A stretch of DNA of 63,243 bases, the filler included, from Sanchytrium tribonematis (lineage: Eukaryota): assembly GCA_018985235.1 (NCBI GenBank). It is 9 parts of 9 records of this genome, joined end to end, with 100 filler letters (N's around TTAATTAATTAA, not from the genome) between each part and the next. Parts side by side here need not be neighbours in the genome. Positions count along the whole stretch, not along the records: positions 35,024 to 39,679 come from JADGIG010000696.1; positions 39,780 to 44,413 come from JADGIG010000697.1; positions 44,514 to 49,141 come from JADGIG010000698.1; 6 more parts are not named here. One strand, given 5' to 3'. Positions within the stretch are counted from its first letter, which is position 1; each line of letters opens with the position of its first letter. The notes beneath the pieces were generated by a model. It saw only the letters and a program-made list of their open reading frames with translations, was not told the DNA's origin and did no database searches. Below are positions 35,215-46,894 of the stretch, in pieces. A program made the position numbers and the translations under genes.

Positions 35215-38200
35215 TTATTTATTTTCCTCGCCAATTCTTTTCAGCAAAATATACTGACCTGAAAATGGCTCCCTATTTTTTAAATATAGAGATCTTATTT
35301 CTTTTTCAGCCTTATCTTCAAGTTCTAAAAGATGAAGTGGTTTCCGATATTCATTTTGGACCTTGGCATTTTCTTGCTGCCTTATAATATCATCCAAACT
35401 TAAAACAGGACTAACTGTGGCCTCCCAATGCTTTTTTCCAGCTAATTGCTCTTCCATGACCGAATTCAGAGATACCGTCGGAGTCTTGGATAATTTCCAA
35501 GTTGGCTTTGGTACACTAACATTAGGAGATATTGGAGACGAAGATAACAATCGTTCTTTCTGCGATTTCCTTTTAGTTCTTTTAAATTTAGGAGACTTGG
35601 GAGGCTCATACTCTTCAAATGTTAAAGGTTCAGGTAAGGTGAGTGAATCCTCTTGATCCATTGGAAATATTGGTTCATTAATCAGGTCGAGTTGTATGGG
35701 AGAGATAAGAGTAGAATCAGGGAGAAATTCGTGGTCACTAATAGTGGTAAACGAAGAACCCAACTTGTTTTCATTCAAATCAAATTTTGAGTCAAAAGAG
35801 TTAATTTTTCTGCTGCCTCTTGGCGATGATGAAAGTAAACTTTCTTGAACATGAAACAATACAAGCTCTTGAGCTTTGGGATATTGGTACATGAACCTAC
35901 TATTTTCGAACTGTTTAATGTGAGTGTGATACATCTCAATCAATTCAGGATGCTTCAATAAATTTATGCAATCAGGAATTTCCAAAAAATAACCAAGGTT
36001 TTGCAATATAAACCTATAGCAAAAATTTCTTAAATAATCGCAGTTCATACAGATCGGATTTGATAGTAGTTGTAATATGTTTTGAATAGACACTTGCTTA
36101 CAAATTTCGTGTTGAATTAAATGTGAATCTACCATCAAATATTCGGAAATGTACAGTAGATCGCAGAGATCCTCCATTGGAAGAGCAGCTTTTCTTGTTA
36201 AAAGAAAGTCGTGAAAGCTGTGGAGAATATTAGACGCAACTTCAAAATTCATTTCAGAATCACCCCAATCTAAAGTCAAATCGATAATTTTGCTATTAGC
36301 TAACGAAGAATGAAACAAAATATTACAGTCTCTACATGACAAGGAAAAATTCTTAAATTTTTCGCTTGGATTAGTCCTCATTGCTGTTTCGAAAGGATAC
36401 AAAGATTTGAGGATTTGAAATTCATAAGATACTAATACTAATTCATCTAAATCTTCAACAGTATAGTCTGGAAACATGCCAGAAAGTTCTCCACATTGAG
36501 GCATCGTGTCATGTGGATTTTGTTGTCTTTTTCGTTTTTTGTCGAATAATTCCTCTAAAGGAGTAAATGCCTTAATTTTAGCCATCTGCCTTGAAAGGTC
36601 ACAATGTTCGCCAAAAATTGAGTCCACAAATAAGTTTATCGATTGATTACGAAACCCAGTGAATGTGACACCCGTTGGATCATTGCAGATCTCAATTTGG
36701 CAATTTGTGAGATTGGACCATTTTTCAATCAGGAAACTGTCTTTTGGAAAATCAAAAATATTTGTTAAATGAGGAGGTAAATATATTTTGTGATTGTCAA
36801 AAGACAAACAAATGAAATTTGATTTCTCTACAAAGCGTGACTCATAGAACATCGATAATTTGGATGAAGGAATTGGGGGATTGATCTCAAGGTCTAAGCT
36901 CCTACTTATATATCCAAATGCACCTTTGGGAGAAGCTACTACTTTGACTGCGTTGCAGATATGTGTAATGCGATGAAATTTGTATATCTTAACCTTGAAT
37001 TCGCTGAATGACTTTAAAGAAGTAATGCTTTTTGGCCTCAAAACACCTTTATATACAAATCGCTCTTTCGTGCAAAGCAACACTGTCCCATCATTTCCAA
37101 AATCAAAATCAACCACTCTTTTTAGATATTCTCCTGCATGCCAAACTTTAACAAGATGCGGGCGATCTTGACTATTTCTAATAATAATATTTGCGTAAAG
37201 GTGTCCCTGCTCGCATACTGTACCAAATAGAGAATGTTTTTCGTGATTTAAAAACTTGGATTTGATCATTGAAAATTCTGGCTTCCGTTTCATATCAATT
37301 AAACTGCTAGTAATATTCATATACGGATTGCGAATTTTAGTAAAAATAAAATCTTTTAAAAGCATTATATCTGAGCCTTGAGAACTTTTAATTAAAACCA
37401 ATGATACCTCATCTGTGCAGGCCGCATCGATTATTTCATATTTCGCACTACTCAAATTAACGTATCTCGGAATCCATGATACTTCGCTGTCATTTTTTTG
37501 GAAAGTTGGATACCCTAACTGACCATTATTTAGCCCAAAAGCATAAAGTGATGAATTTGAAAAGAGCAATGTATGAACTTTTGAGGCAGCAGCACCTATA
37601 ATAAACTCTTTTTTTATAGAAGTTTTCAAAGTAAAAGGCGAAATAAAATGATCTAATTTCTTAAGAGACCCAGCCGACAATTTCGAGGGACTTGATTTTG
37701 AAGAGCAGAAGTCGCCGCTAAAATCAGTCTCTATCTTTAAAGCTACTCCACATTGACCATAAGAATTATCACCAAAAATGCAGACGGAACCATTACGACG
37801 CACTAATACTGAATGATCCCGCCCCAACGCCAAAGACACGATCTCTTCGTCGGAATTTTTAATCGTAATGTTTGAGATAATTTGCGGATATATGGCAGTG
37901 TTATTAGATTTAAGACCAAGTCTTCGCCCGGTTCCCCACACATATACATTTGTTTTGGTGCAGCATATCGCATGGCTTTTGCCCATGGAAAAAACAGTAA
38001 TTTCGCCATGAAGGACATTGTGTAATTTCGAATGTTCTTTGTTATATCCTAAAACATAATCAATATTTTTGCCCCATGTATAAATTGTAGATAAATTGCC
38101 AAACTTCGCATGTTTATTTTGTCTAGCTGATAATTGGATAACATCGTAGCCTTCGAGCCTCAAAGTAGTAATTTCAGGAAATCTATGGATTATTTCTAAA

Positions 38201-38400
38201 GCTGGTTCTAATTTTCCGTAATAAATAGCATCATGGAGAGCGATGACACAATCTTCTGCGATTGCAAAATTTAAAAGGCTTCTGAAGGATTTACGCTTTT
38301 CCCAAAGTACAGACCATTTGAGCAGCTGCTTGATTGCGATGGGACGACTCGTAAATTCTTCGTTATTTTCGATTTTGTTAAAAAACATGCAAACGTTCAA
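35215..38400 (-). CDS. RCC1-repeat + BTB protein (IBTK/Btb1-like)
   Basis: YTWGKNIDYVLG, LALGRDHS, FGLNNGQLG RCC1 repeats; degenerate BTB/BACK; C-terminal SLDDIIRQQ. Confidence 0.7.
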   Translation of the reverse strand: MNVCMFFNKIENNEEFTSRPIAIKQLLKWSVLWEKRKSFRSLLNFAIAEDCVIALHDAIYYGKLEPALEIIHRFPEITTLRLEGYDVIQLSARQNKHAKFGNLSTIYTWGKNIDYVLGYNKEHSKLHNVLHGEITVFSMGKSHAICCTKTNVYVWGTGRRLGLKSNNTAIYPQIISNITIKNSDEEIVSLALGRDHSVLVRRNGSVCIFGDNSYGQCGVALKIETDFSGDFCSSKSSPSKLSAGSLKKLDHFISPFTLKTSIKKEFIIGAAASKVHTLLFSNSSLYAFGLNNGQLGYPTFQKNDSEVSWIPRYVNLSSAKYEIIDAACTDEVSLVLIKSSQGSDIMLLKDFIFTKIRNPYMNITSSLIDMKRKPEFSMIKSKFLNHEKHSLFGTVCEQGHLYANIIIRNSQDRPHLVKVWHAGEYLKRVVDFDFGNDGTVLLCTKERFVYKGVLRPKSITSLKSFSEFKVKIYKFHRITHICNAVKVVASPKGAFGYISRSLDLEINPPIPSSKLSMFYESRFVEKSNFICLSFDNHKIYLPPHLTNIFDFPKDSFLIEKWSNLTNCQIEICNDPTGVTFTGFRNQSINLFVDSIFGEHCDLSRQMAKIKAFTPLEELFDKKRKRQQNPHDTMPQCGELSGMFPDYTVEDLDELVLVSYEFQILKSLYPFETAMRTNPSEKFKNFSLSCRDCNILFHSSLANSKIIDLTLDWGDSEMNFEVASNILHSFHDFLLTRKAALPMEDLCDLLYISEYLMVDSHLIQHEICKQVSIQNILQLLSNPICMNCDYLRNFCYRFILQNLGYFLEIPDCINLLKHPELIEMYHTHIKQFENSRFMYQYPKAQELVLFHVQESLLSSSPRGSRKINSFDSKFDLNENKLGSSFTTISDHEFLPDSTLISPIQLDLINEPIFPMDQEDSLTLPEPLTFEEYEPPKSPKFKRTKRKSQKERLLSSSPISPNVSVPKPTWKLSKTPTVSLNSVMEEQLAGKKHWEATVSPVLSLDDIIRQQENAKVQNEYRKPLHLLELEDKAEKEIRSLYLKNREPFSGQYILLKRIGEENK

Positions 38401-38571
38401 AATGTAGTTGGAGCAGATGTTTCACACGTTTTTCTTCTCTTGCCTTATGTAAGACTGAAAATAAACCACAGCACAAACTAGCCATCCAATTTGTTGTAAA
38501 ATCAATGATTTCAATCAAACTTTTTCCATCAAAAAGAAACGAATTATCTCCTCTGAAACTCCAATTTAAAA

Positions 38572-39259
38572 ATGTTTCTTTTCGACGTCGATAATACTTT
38601 ATACCATCACAGCAAAGGCGTTGGAAAATTGATGGCAGATAAAATCATCGAATATTGTAAGACTCTTGGTTATTCTTACAAAGAAAGTGCGGATTTATCA
38701 CTTCGATATTATATAGATTATGGTTTAGCCATTAGAGGATTTGTGAAGCATCATAATATCGATCCTTTGGATTACGACTTAAAAGTAGATCAATCCTTGC
38801 CCTTGGATGGTCTTATAAAAGAAGATGTGGAGTTAAGAAATATTTTAATGAAATGTAACCAAAAACGATGGGTATTCACCAACGCTGCGAGGCCGCATTG
38901 TATAAGAGTACTCAAGTTGCTGAATGTGTCAGATTGTTTTTCCGGAATTACGCATTGTAAATATGAGAACCCTAATTTTTATTGTAAACCAGATGTTGAA
39001 TATTATTATGAAGTTTTAAAGGAATCCAACTACGATGGTCAAGAAACTATTTATTTTGTAGATGACTCTCTTAAAAATTGCAAAAGAGGTCAAGAATTGG
39101 GCTGGAAGGTTTGTCACGTTCTCACTGGAGATTACCCTGATCAAACGACACCGATGCAACACATCACATCACTTGGTATTTTTAATTTATTTAGGTATCA
39201 TCCCACAAATCAAGACGATTCACGATATTGTGAATATATTTCCTGAATGCTTTGAATAA
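38572..39259 (+). CDS. SDT1: HAD pyrimidine 5'-nucleotidase (Sdt1/Phm8-like) (join 38572..39175, 39195..39259)
   Basis: FDVDNTLY, YGLAIRG, WVFTNA, CKPD, FVDDS; spliced tail IHDIVNIFPECF. Confidence 0.85.
39176..39194 (+). other. 19-nt spliceosomal intron
   Basis: GTATTTTTAATTTATTTAG; yields a family-like C-terminus ending GAA-TAA-A. Confidence 0.85.
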
Positions 39260-39319
39260 ATATCGTAGAATTATAAGACTTTGGCATTTAATTTCTGCTA
39301 ACATTTAGGGTAAAACATT

Positions 39320-39679
39320 ATGAGTTGCTTTGTGTTAAATAAAAATCTACGCTGCCCAGCATGGCAAAATCAAATTATGGCACAGGGTTTATCTATTGGT
39401 TCTCCAACTTTGGTTAAAGGAGCCGTGTCCTTGGATATATCTATTTCCGAAATTATGAGCAATGATTTTTCTAAATTTGATCAGTGCGGAGTTAAATTTA
39501 ATGACTATGGCACTATATTTTGTGATACTTTAGCTGGTCTCAGCTCAGATTGTCAAGTTACACCGAAGAGAATTTGTCAAACCGACTGTTACAAACTACA
39601 AGAAATATACAAAAAGGTAAATACTTCGACTTGTGCTGCCAGTAGTGAAGCAGGTTTAAGAGCGAATCAACTCGATGGA
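39320..39679 (+). CDS. Cys-rich extracellular protein, N-terminal fragment
   Basis: Open frame with spaced cysteines, truncated by spacer. Confidence 0.45.
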
Positions 39680-39779
39680 NNNNNNNNNNNNNNNNNNNNN
39701 NNNNNNNNNNNNNNNNNNNNNNNTTAATTAATTAANNNNNNNNNNNNNNNNNNNNNNNNNNNNNNNNNNNNNNNNNNNN

Positions 39780-42194
39780 AACACGCCGAATACGTCGCCA
39801 ATAAGGTATCCAAGTAGTGCTCGAACTTCAAACGATGAACATTCAATTGAAAATCGGATTGCGACAACTTGGTACAGTCAAGTTCCAGCAATTTTTATCG
39901 GAGAAATATTGATTGTATTAGATGCCATAAGTTATGGCTTGTTGATTTTCCCCACTAATCAAGAAGAATTTAAAAATGCTGGAAGTGATGGAATCTCAAT
40001 GTTTTTGGTATCCACTATTATTTCTCAAATATTATTTGCGATTGCTTCCCAATTCAAATGTGTAAACGGAAGCATGATGATTGAGGTTATACCATTTTTG
40101 CATATTATCTGTAACCACGTAGCTAATACTGTAGCTAAAGAGCAAATCATGCCCACAGTCATCGTCACTTATGCTATTTCCGCCATTCTTACCGGATTAG
40201 TATTTCTAATTTTAGGATGGTTTAAACTGGGTGAATTAATGGAATTCTTTCCGCGCCACATTCTTATCGGCACTATCGGGGGAGTGGGATATTTTCTCAT
40301 TCAAACAGCTGTAGAAGTCTCGACACAATTGCAGTTGGAGTGGAGTCTTACATTTTTTAGCTCTCTCTTCCATTGGAAGTATTTTGTCCGTTGGGGAAGC
40401 GCACTCAGCGCATGTTTAGTATTGAGATGCTTGCAATACAAAATTAAGCAGACATGGTTTGTATCCTTGTATTTTTGTACCCTCCCACTTCTATTTTATT
40501 TATTTGCATTCGTCACAGGCGCGAGCATTGATTCTTTGAAAGACAATGGGTGGCTTTTTCATATTAAAACTCAAGAGAACTTTTATCATTTTTACACATA
40601 TTTTGATCTCTCCCTTGTCAACTGGTATTCAATAGTGCCTTTAATCCCTACCATCATTTCTATGTCATTTTTTGGGCTACTTCATGTTCCCATAAATGTC
40701 CCTGCACTCGCAATCAGCACCAAAACGGATGTAAATTTGAACAACGAATTAATAGCGCATGGTTGGAGCAACATTTTGGCTGGTCTGTTTGGAAGCAATC
40801 AAAATTATTTAGTCTATAGTAATTCTGTGCTTTTTATGAAATGTGGTGGTAATGGTAGAATATCAATGGCGCTTTTAGCGTTATTGACAATATTTCTATG
40901 GATATTTGCTATGGGAATATTCCAATATCTTCCAATTATGGTTGTTGGTGCACTGATATTTCATATTGGCATTGATTTACTGAAAGAAAGCATGTACGAC
41001 ACTTTGAATGTCGTATCTAGGACGGAATATATATCTATTTTAACAATTGTGGTAAGTATGATGCTGATCGGCTTCACCGAAGGAGTTTTAATAGGAATCA
41101 TATGCGCTTGTGTATTTTTCGTAGGCAAGAGCAGTCAAGTGAAAGTCGTTAGAACCATGTACAATGGACAAACCGCTAGAAGCACTGTGCGTAGGCTGTA
41201 TCAGCAAGAAAAATATTTGAGTTTGATGGGTAATCAAATTCAAGTCATCCGGATACAGGGTTTTTTATTTTTTGGAACTGTTGCTCAGCTACACGATTTA
41301 ATTGACAACATCCTTAGAGAATGGGACACACAGCCTGTGAGATATATTATTTTAGACTTCAAGCTAGCTTTAGGAGTCGATTACTCAGCAGCTGAAGCTT
41401 TTGTTAAAGTTAAACAATTATTAGAAGAAAAGCGAGTTTTCTTGGTTTTAAGTGTGAATGCAGATTCGGATATTGGCAAATCGCTTCAAAGAGTTCAATG
41501 TTGGCAAAATGAAGGTTCTGGGATCATTATTGCGGTAAACGATCTCAACAGCGCACTGGAATGGTGTGAAAATGCCTTGCTTCGAACCTATTATAAGTTA
41601 GTTAGCCACCAAAAACCTTCTGCTTACGCTGATATGATTCCGCAGATGTCACTGCATCGTCATTCATTTTCACCCCTAAATACCTTTTCACCGCGACATG
41701 GCTTGGTCATAGAGGCCTTTGAAAATGTTTATGAACCACCTCATCCAACTCACGAGTTTGATTTGTTGCGCCAATCAATTAGTGAACTAGGTGGAGACGA
41801 TGGCGAACTATACTCAAAGGTAAAGCCATATTTTGTTCGCAAAAATTATCCACCCAATGTTTATCTTTGGCGAATTGGTGATAAAAGTCAGAAAATCTGC
41901 TTGCTAGAAAAAGGGCACTGTCTGATAACAGATGAGTTCAATTCTTATACTAGGCAAGAGTCTATATTGCCTGGTATCTTATTCGGAGGATTAGGCATGA
42001 TAACGAAGCGTGAACGAAACACTAATGCAATGCTAGTGACTGATTCTGTATGTTGGGAGCTTAATCGTGAGCAATTTGAAAAGTTGCAAACGGAGGAACC
42101 CAAAGCACTTCTTGAATTTCTTAGGCTTATTATAATATATGCTGACACCCAAATGACTCATATATCGCGGCAATTATTTTTAAGTACTCAATAA
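39780..42194 (+). CDS. SulP/SLC26 transporter with STAS and cNMP-binding domains (Vsb1/YGR125W-like), 5' truncated
   Basis: GSMMIEVIPFLH, FFPRHILIGTIGGVG, LHVPINVPAL, QNYLVYSNS, QGFLFFGT; C-terminal cNMP fold. Confidence 0.88.
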   Translation, partial: NTPNTSPIRYPSSARTSNDEHSIENRIATTWYSQVPAIFIGEILIVLDAISYGLLIFPTNQEEFKNAGSDGISMFLVSTIISQILFAIASQFKCVNGSMMIEVIPFLHIICNHVANTVAKEQIMPTVIVTYAISAILTGLVFLILGWFKLGELMEFFPRHILIGTIGGVGYFLIQTAVEVSTQLQLEWSLTFFSSLFHWKYFVRWGSALSACLVLRCLQYKIKQTWFVSLYFCTLPLLFYLFAFVTGASIDSLKDNGWLFHIKTQENFYHFYTYFDLSLVNWYSIVPLIPTIISMSFFGLLHVPINVPALAISTKTDVNLNNELIAHGWSNILAGLFGSNQNYLVYSNSVLFMKCGGNGRISMALLALLTIFLWIFAMGIFQYLPIMVVGALIFHIGIDLLKESMYDTLNVVSRTEYISILTIVVSMMLIGFTEGVLIGIICACVFFVGKSSQVKVVRTMYNGQTARSTVRRLYQQEKYLSLMGNQIQVIRIQGFLFFGTVAQLHDLIDNILREWDTQPVRYIILDFKLALGVDYSAAEAFVKVKQLLEEKRVFLVLSVNADSDIGKSLQRVQCWQNEGSGIIIAVNDLNSALEWCENALLRTYYKLVSHQKPSAYADMIPQMSLHRHSFSPLNTFSPRHGLVIEAFENVYEPPHPTHEFDLLRQSISELGGDDGELYSKVKPYFVRKNYPPNVYLWRIGDKSQKICLLEKGHCLITDEFNSYTRQESILPGILFGGLGMITKRERNTNAMLVTDSVCWELNREQFEKLQTEEPKALLEFLRLIIIYADTQMTHISRQLFLSTQ

Positions 42195-42213
42195 AAGAAC
42201 TGCAATCATTTAT

Positions 42214-43772
42214 TTAAAATGCAAACTTTTGCTGCTGTGAGCCAAACGCAAAAGTGCCATCGTCGTTTAGTTGCTGTTCTGCCATGCTGTCATGTTGAAA
42301 GTATTTGTCTAGCAACCCTGAACATTTCTTATAAATTTCATCATTATTCATGTGAGTCAAGTTACTCAATCTATCATGTGCACCAAATTCTTCTGCTACT
42401 TGTACATATCTGTTATATCCTCCTTAATTAAAAATTAAATACCACCAGCTTGCGCCATTAAGTCTCCTACTTTTAAGATATTAGCAATTCCATCTAAAGA
42501 AACTTGAATGATTCCTACGTCCATGCAATTTAATATTTCTAACAAAGGTCCCATGCATCCACATTGAACTAGATAATCTACCTGCTCTGGATTTTGAAGT
42601 CCACCAGTGGTGGCATTACTAATTGCCCAACAAGCCTCTCTTTTTGTTTTCATATCACCATGCTGTAAACATTGAACAAGATTCGGAATCATTCCTGCAT
42701 CAATGACTCTTTGAATTTGTTTAGAATTTCCAGCCGTAATATTAGAAATGGTCCAGCAGGCTTCTTTTTTGATGGACTGCTTATTTGAGCTTAACAGTCT
42801 GTATAAGGGCTCAAGAACATTATTGCTGAGCACGACTTCTGTTTGAAGATCGCTTCCGGTCACAATATTGCCAATGCTTCGCAATGCGGGTGTCTGTACA
42901 TTTGGATTTGGATGGCCTAAAAGTTCGATTAATCTTGGAATGACACCACTTTGAATAACTTGCTCAATTCTATCGTTAGTTCCATCAGAAATGTAAGATA
43001 TTGACCATAAGGTATCTACTAAAATTTCCTCATCCGAAGTTGAAAGCAAATTACGTAAAACTGGTACAGCAGGTTCTAAATAGGACCATTCAGCGGATGG
43101 ATGCTTTCCCCTACAAAAGTTGCTCAGAGTCCACGTAGCATTTCTTACTAGAGATAATTTTGTTGATTCTGTCATGAGAATATTAAGCAATGGCGCCATT
43201 GCACCACAACGTAAAACTGCATCACGACATTGAGGCGCATCGCCAGCAATATTTCCTAAAGCCCAAACAGCTTGTTCTTTAACATCCATGTACTCACTTT
43301 GTAAAAGTCTGACAAATTCCACTACAGCGCCTGATTGTATTACAGTAGCAGTTTGGTCAGAACTTCCAGACGCAATATTAGTCAAAGCCCATGCAGACTC
43401 AAAAATAATAACGCTGTTATGGTTAGATAACAATTGAACTAATATTGGGACAATTCCTATCGCGATGATATTATCAATTGGAGGATTTCTTTCTTTACTA
43501 AGTAATCTTCTAATTTGCACTACAGTTGTCAAAAGTAATTTATCATCATGTCTCTGTTCTAAATTCATTTTCAAGGTAGCAAAGTCATTTGATGGGTCCG
43601 GAACTACTATATTTTCATTTCGGTTTTCATCAACTGTTAGTCTCCGCTTTTGCAAATTCTCTTCTCGTTTTTGTCTCCTCAATTGCAAAGTTGTATCTTC
43701 TCTTCTCTTTTTAACCTCATCTGCTCCAAATTGACTTCTTTGTTTAAATGCAGTTTGACGGTTGTTCATCAT
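42214..43772 (-). CDS. SRP1: Importin alpha (join 43772..42443, 42422..42214)
   Basis: IBB domain, ARM repeats (AWALTNIASG); last exon YNRYVQVAEE..NDEIYKKC..LLDKYF. Confidence 0.96.
42423..42442 (-). other. 20-nt spliceosomal intron
   Basis: GTATTTAATTTTTAATTAAG (minus strand); restores the ARM10 exon. Confidence 0.88.
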
Positions 43773-43837
43773 AAATCACAAACAAATGACACAAAGTTTC
43801 TCCTTTTGAATGATTTTTATTTGTTTCAAACATTTAT

Positions 43838-44375
43838 TTAAAATTGTTGGTTTGTATACTTCAGATAACTGTATTCATCAATCCCGTATGCTCCGCCTTC
43901 TCTTCCGTATCCACTTAATTTTACTCCACCAAAAGGAATTTGTGCCATTGAAATTGTGGCCGTGTTGATACCAAGTAACCCGCATTCTAAATTTGTTCTA
44001 AAATGGGAGATTCTCTTCGTACTTTCGGAGTATAGATAGTTTGCAAGACCATATGGCTGGTTATTGGCATATTTTAATACCTCTTCGTCAGTTTCAAATG
44101 GGATGATCGAAAATATTGGAGCAAAAACTTCAGTGCTGTAAATTTCCATATTCGTTTTAACTTTTAAAGCTATTGGAGCAAAATATAATTCATTAGGAGC
44201 AGTTATTTGTTTTTCATATAAAATTTCGGCACCTTCTTTTATAGCTACTTGTTTCAAATTCGTTGCTCTACTATGAGCTTTTGCACTAATCAATGGCCCA
44301 AAGTCTTTATCAACACATGTATTGTCAAGAAATGACTTCAAGTTGTCCATGAATGAAGAATATAATTTTTGGTGA
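43838..44375 (-). CDS. Aldehyde dehydrogenase, succinate-semialdehyde dehydrogenase-like, C-terminal fragment
   Basis: EVFAPI, YGLANY, PFGGVKLSGYGREG. Confidence 0.85.
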
Positions 44376-44572
44376 ACGAAGAGGTATTAAAATATGCCAA
44401 TAACCAGCCATATNNNNNNNNNNNNNNNNNNNNNNNNNNNNNNNNNNNNNNNNNNNNTTAATTAATTAANNNNNNNNNNNNNNNNNNNNNNNNNNNNNNN
44501 NNNNNNNNNNNNNCAAAAATTTCCTTAAATATTACAAAATTACTGGCAACTTGAAATAGATTATCGAATTTT

Positions 44573-45611
44573 TTATTGAGTAGGTGAATTGGAGTCTGAA
44601 TCTACCTGTTTATGTTCTGAGTCTTCTTCGTTTGCAATCTCTTGTCCATTTTCATCGACAGCAACTAACTCGATTATCTTGACTCGTGCAAATTCGGATA
44701 TCCATTTGCTGCTTTTACTTTCACCAAGACCATCAAGAATCTTTTGAAAGCTTTCGATATCCTCACGCAAGATTGCGCTCTTAAGATCGACCGGACAAGC
44801 CTTTAAAACTTCAGATTTTTCAGAACTTGGAGAAAGATCAAAGAAATGGCCGTCCTCAGGTTGGTTTAAACAACTCATCTTTTTCGACATTTGGATTTTT
44901 GACACCTGAAGCTTTTAATTTTTCGCCATAGGCGAAAGCATATTCAAAAGCCGCAGAAAGAAGAGTTTCTTGGTTTTTAGAATCTACGATCTCCGGATTA
45001 CTTTGAATAAAATTGTAAATTTCTTCAATATTTTTTAATCCAACAAATTGCAAGAGTGTTCGATTATTTTTAAGAGAATCAGGAACGATGAATAAACCCG
45101 GTTGATTGACGGTTACAAATTTCTTATCACTTGAGGCAGTGAAGCTGTCCTCAGGATTTTCAGGAGGTGATTTTGATTTTTGCTGTTTTTTCACATTAAC
45201 TCTAGTTGTACTAAAACCTTCGTGACACACTTTATCAACAGATAAATCTGCCTCTTCTTTCTTTTTTAATTGCAAATAGTCTTTTTGAATCAAATCGTAA
45301 ACCCGCTGCAATTCTTCAGCATATTGACTTCTCTGAAATTTCGGCAAATCCTGTTCTAGTTTTGGAATAGCTTTGAACAGCTGATTTAAATCAGCTTCTG
45401 GGTTCTGTTTTACAGACTCAATAGCGCTTTTCAAAAGGATTTGATTTCGCTCCATCAGTTGCAAATGGTCTCTTCTTTCATCTCTTTCTTTATGAAGGGC
45501 CTCTCTTTTCCATTTAATAAACGATTTTTTATCGATATTGGGGTGGCATTCTGTATCTGAATCGTCACTTAGTGTTAAATTGTCCCACTTTGAATATGAT
45601 ATTGCTGACAT
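44573..45611 (-). CDS. CDC37: Hsp90 co-chaperone Cdc37; frameshifted and apparently missing part of the middle domain near 44860-44900
   Basis: ISYSKWDNLTLSDDSDTECHPNIDKKSFIKWK N-domain; C-domain-like VLKACPVDLKSAIL in another frame. Confidence 0.8.
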
Positions 45612-45667
45612 GAAAGGGAGATTTGTTTGGAAATTAAAAAGAAATTCCTTCCAATCAAACACTCCTG

Positions 45668-46099
45668 ATGGACGACACGAATGTTCTAATCAGTGGCTTA
45701 CTGGTTCAGCTAGAGGACGCTTTGAAAGTCAATCAGTCTACAATTGAAGAATTAAAAAAACAGATGGCAATTAAGAACCCTCAAGTAGATCAAGTGAAAG
45801 AGTATGAATGGACAATGGAATTTATGATTACTTGTCAGCGCAAAATGTTTAAGAATTATTCTGAGACTATCGGTGAGATTAAGAAGAATTATAATGCAAA
45901 TTTAAGTTCAGCTTCGAAGGAAATTAATTTTTGGAAGAGAAAGTATGACCTTGAAAAAAAGAAAAATGAGGATTCCTTATTACTAATCGAGAAAATAGTA
46001 AGCAGCACTCAAAAAGAATTTGATGACTATCACAACATGATAGGAATATACCAGACATACACAGATAATTTGGTTAAACAATTTAATAAAAATTCATAG
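45668..46099 (+). CDS. Coiled-coil protein of unknown function
   Basis: 143-aa heptad-rich ORF filling the gap between CDC37 and UTP11. Confidence 0.55.
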   Translation: MDDTNVLISGLLVQLEDALKVNQSTIEELKKQMAIKNPQVDQVKEYEWTMEFMITCQRKMFKNYSETIGEIKKNYNANLSSASKEINFWKRKYDLEKKKNEDSLLLIEKIVSSTQKEFDDYHNMIGIYQTYTDNLVKQFNKNS

Positions 46100-46100
46100 A

Positions 46101-46697
46101 TCATTTTGCTCTTTGAGCCTTCCATTTATAGGTGACTGAGCCGTCATCATGTTCTATCTTTTTTCTGGGCCCTTTGGAATGGCTTAAGTGATATTGTAGA
46201 GTCATTTGGCCAAGTACATGTTTAAGATCTGACAGCCTTTCTTCCCGTTGTTCAAGTTCAATTTCTGCAGGAGATTTGGAAGAATCGGCATCGCCAGCCA
46301 TTGTATTTGCTTCAGTGCTACAATATATGATGTGCACGCCTTTATAAGGAACATTCATTTTGTTTTTCAATTTCTCAATCTGTGATATTTCTCTTTCAAT
46401 TAACATTACGATATATTGTCTATCCTGTGTTTTCATTAGTTTAATCATTTCAGGAGAAAGATTATAATCAGAGGCAATTATTTTTCCTTTTGAATTTTGT
46501 TTAATATTGACCATTTTAAAATAAAATTCATCAGGGTTTCTAGTTAACGCCTTTTTTTCCAATTGTTTAATTGCGTTTTCTTTTGCATGAAAGTTTTTTG
46601 CTCTTAGTTTATAATCGCTTTTCTTTTCTAGTAATCCAAATTTGTGTCTTGAATGCGGTTGAGATCGCTCACGATGTAATTTGTGCTGTTTTCCCAT
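46101..46697 (-). CDS. UTP11: U3 snoRNP protein Utp11
   Basis: HRERSQP..GLLEKKSDYKLRA, RNPDEFYFKM, YKWKAQRAK. Confidence 0.95.
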   Translation of the reverse strand: MGKQHKLHRERSQPHSRHKFGLLEKKSDYKLRAKNFHAKENAIKQLEKKALTRNPDEFYFKMVNIKQNSKGKIIASDYNLSPEMIKLMKTQDRQYIVMLIEREISQIEKLKNKMNVPYKGVHIIYCSTEANTMAGDADSSKSPAEIELEQREERLSDLKHVLGQMTLQYHLSHSKGPRKKIEHDDGSVTYKWKAQRAK

Positions 46698-46894
46698 TGT
46701 GTCAAGGAGTTTGTTGTTTGTCCTAAATGGAAAATGTAATTGTAGCATGACAAAGAGCTTATTCGTGAATATTTAAATGAAGATAGGATTGAATGTGATA
46801 GATTTGCCAATTTAATGTTAGACTGGATTTGCACCAGTCCACCATGTATGAACCTACTTGTTGATATATATATGACTTTCAGTTCTACATCAGA

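Noticed and set aside
39284..39308. GCTAACATTTAG looks like a branch point plus acceptor upstream of ORF 39320
   Set aside because: There is no GT donor 19-20 nt upstream and no upstream ATG exon.
44050..44413. Perfect 38-bp inverted copy of ALDH coding sequence (44050-44087) at the contig end (44376-44413)
   Set aside because: It is identical, replaces the expected upstream coding sequence and sits at a contig tip, typical of an amplification or assembly fold-back chimera rather than a TIR.
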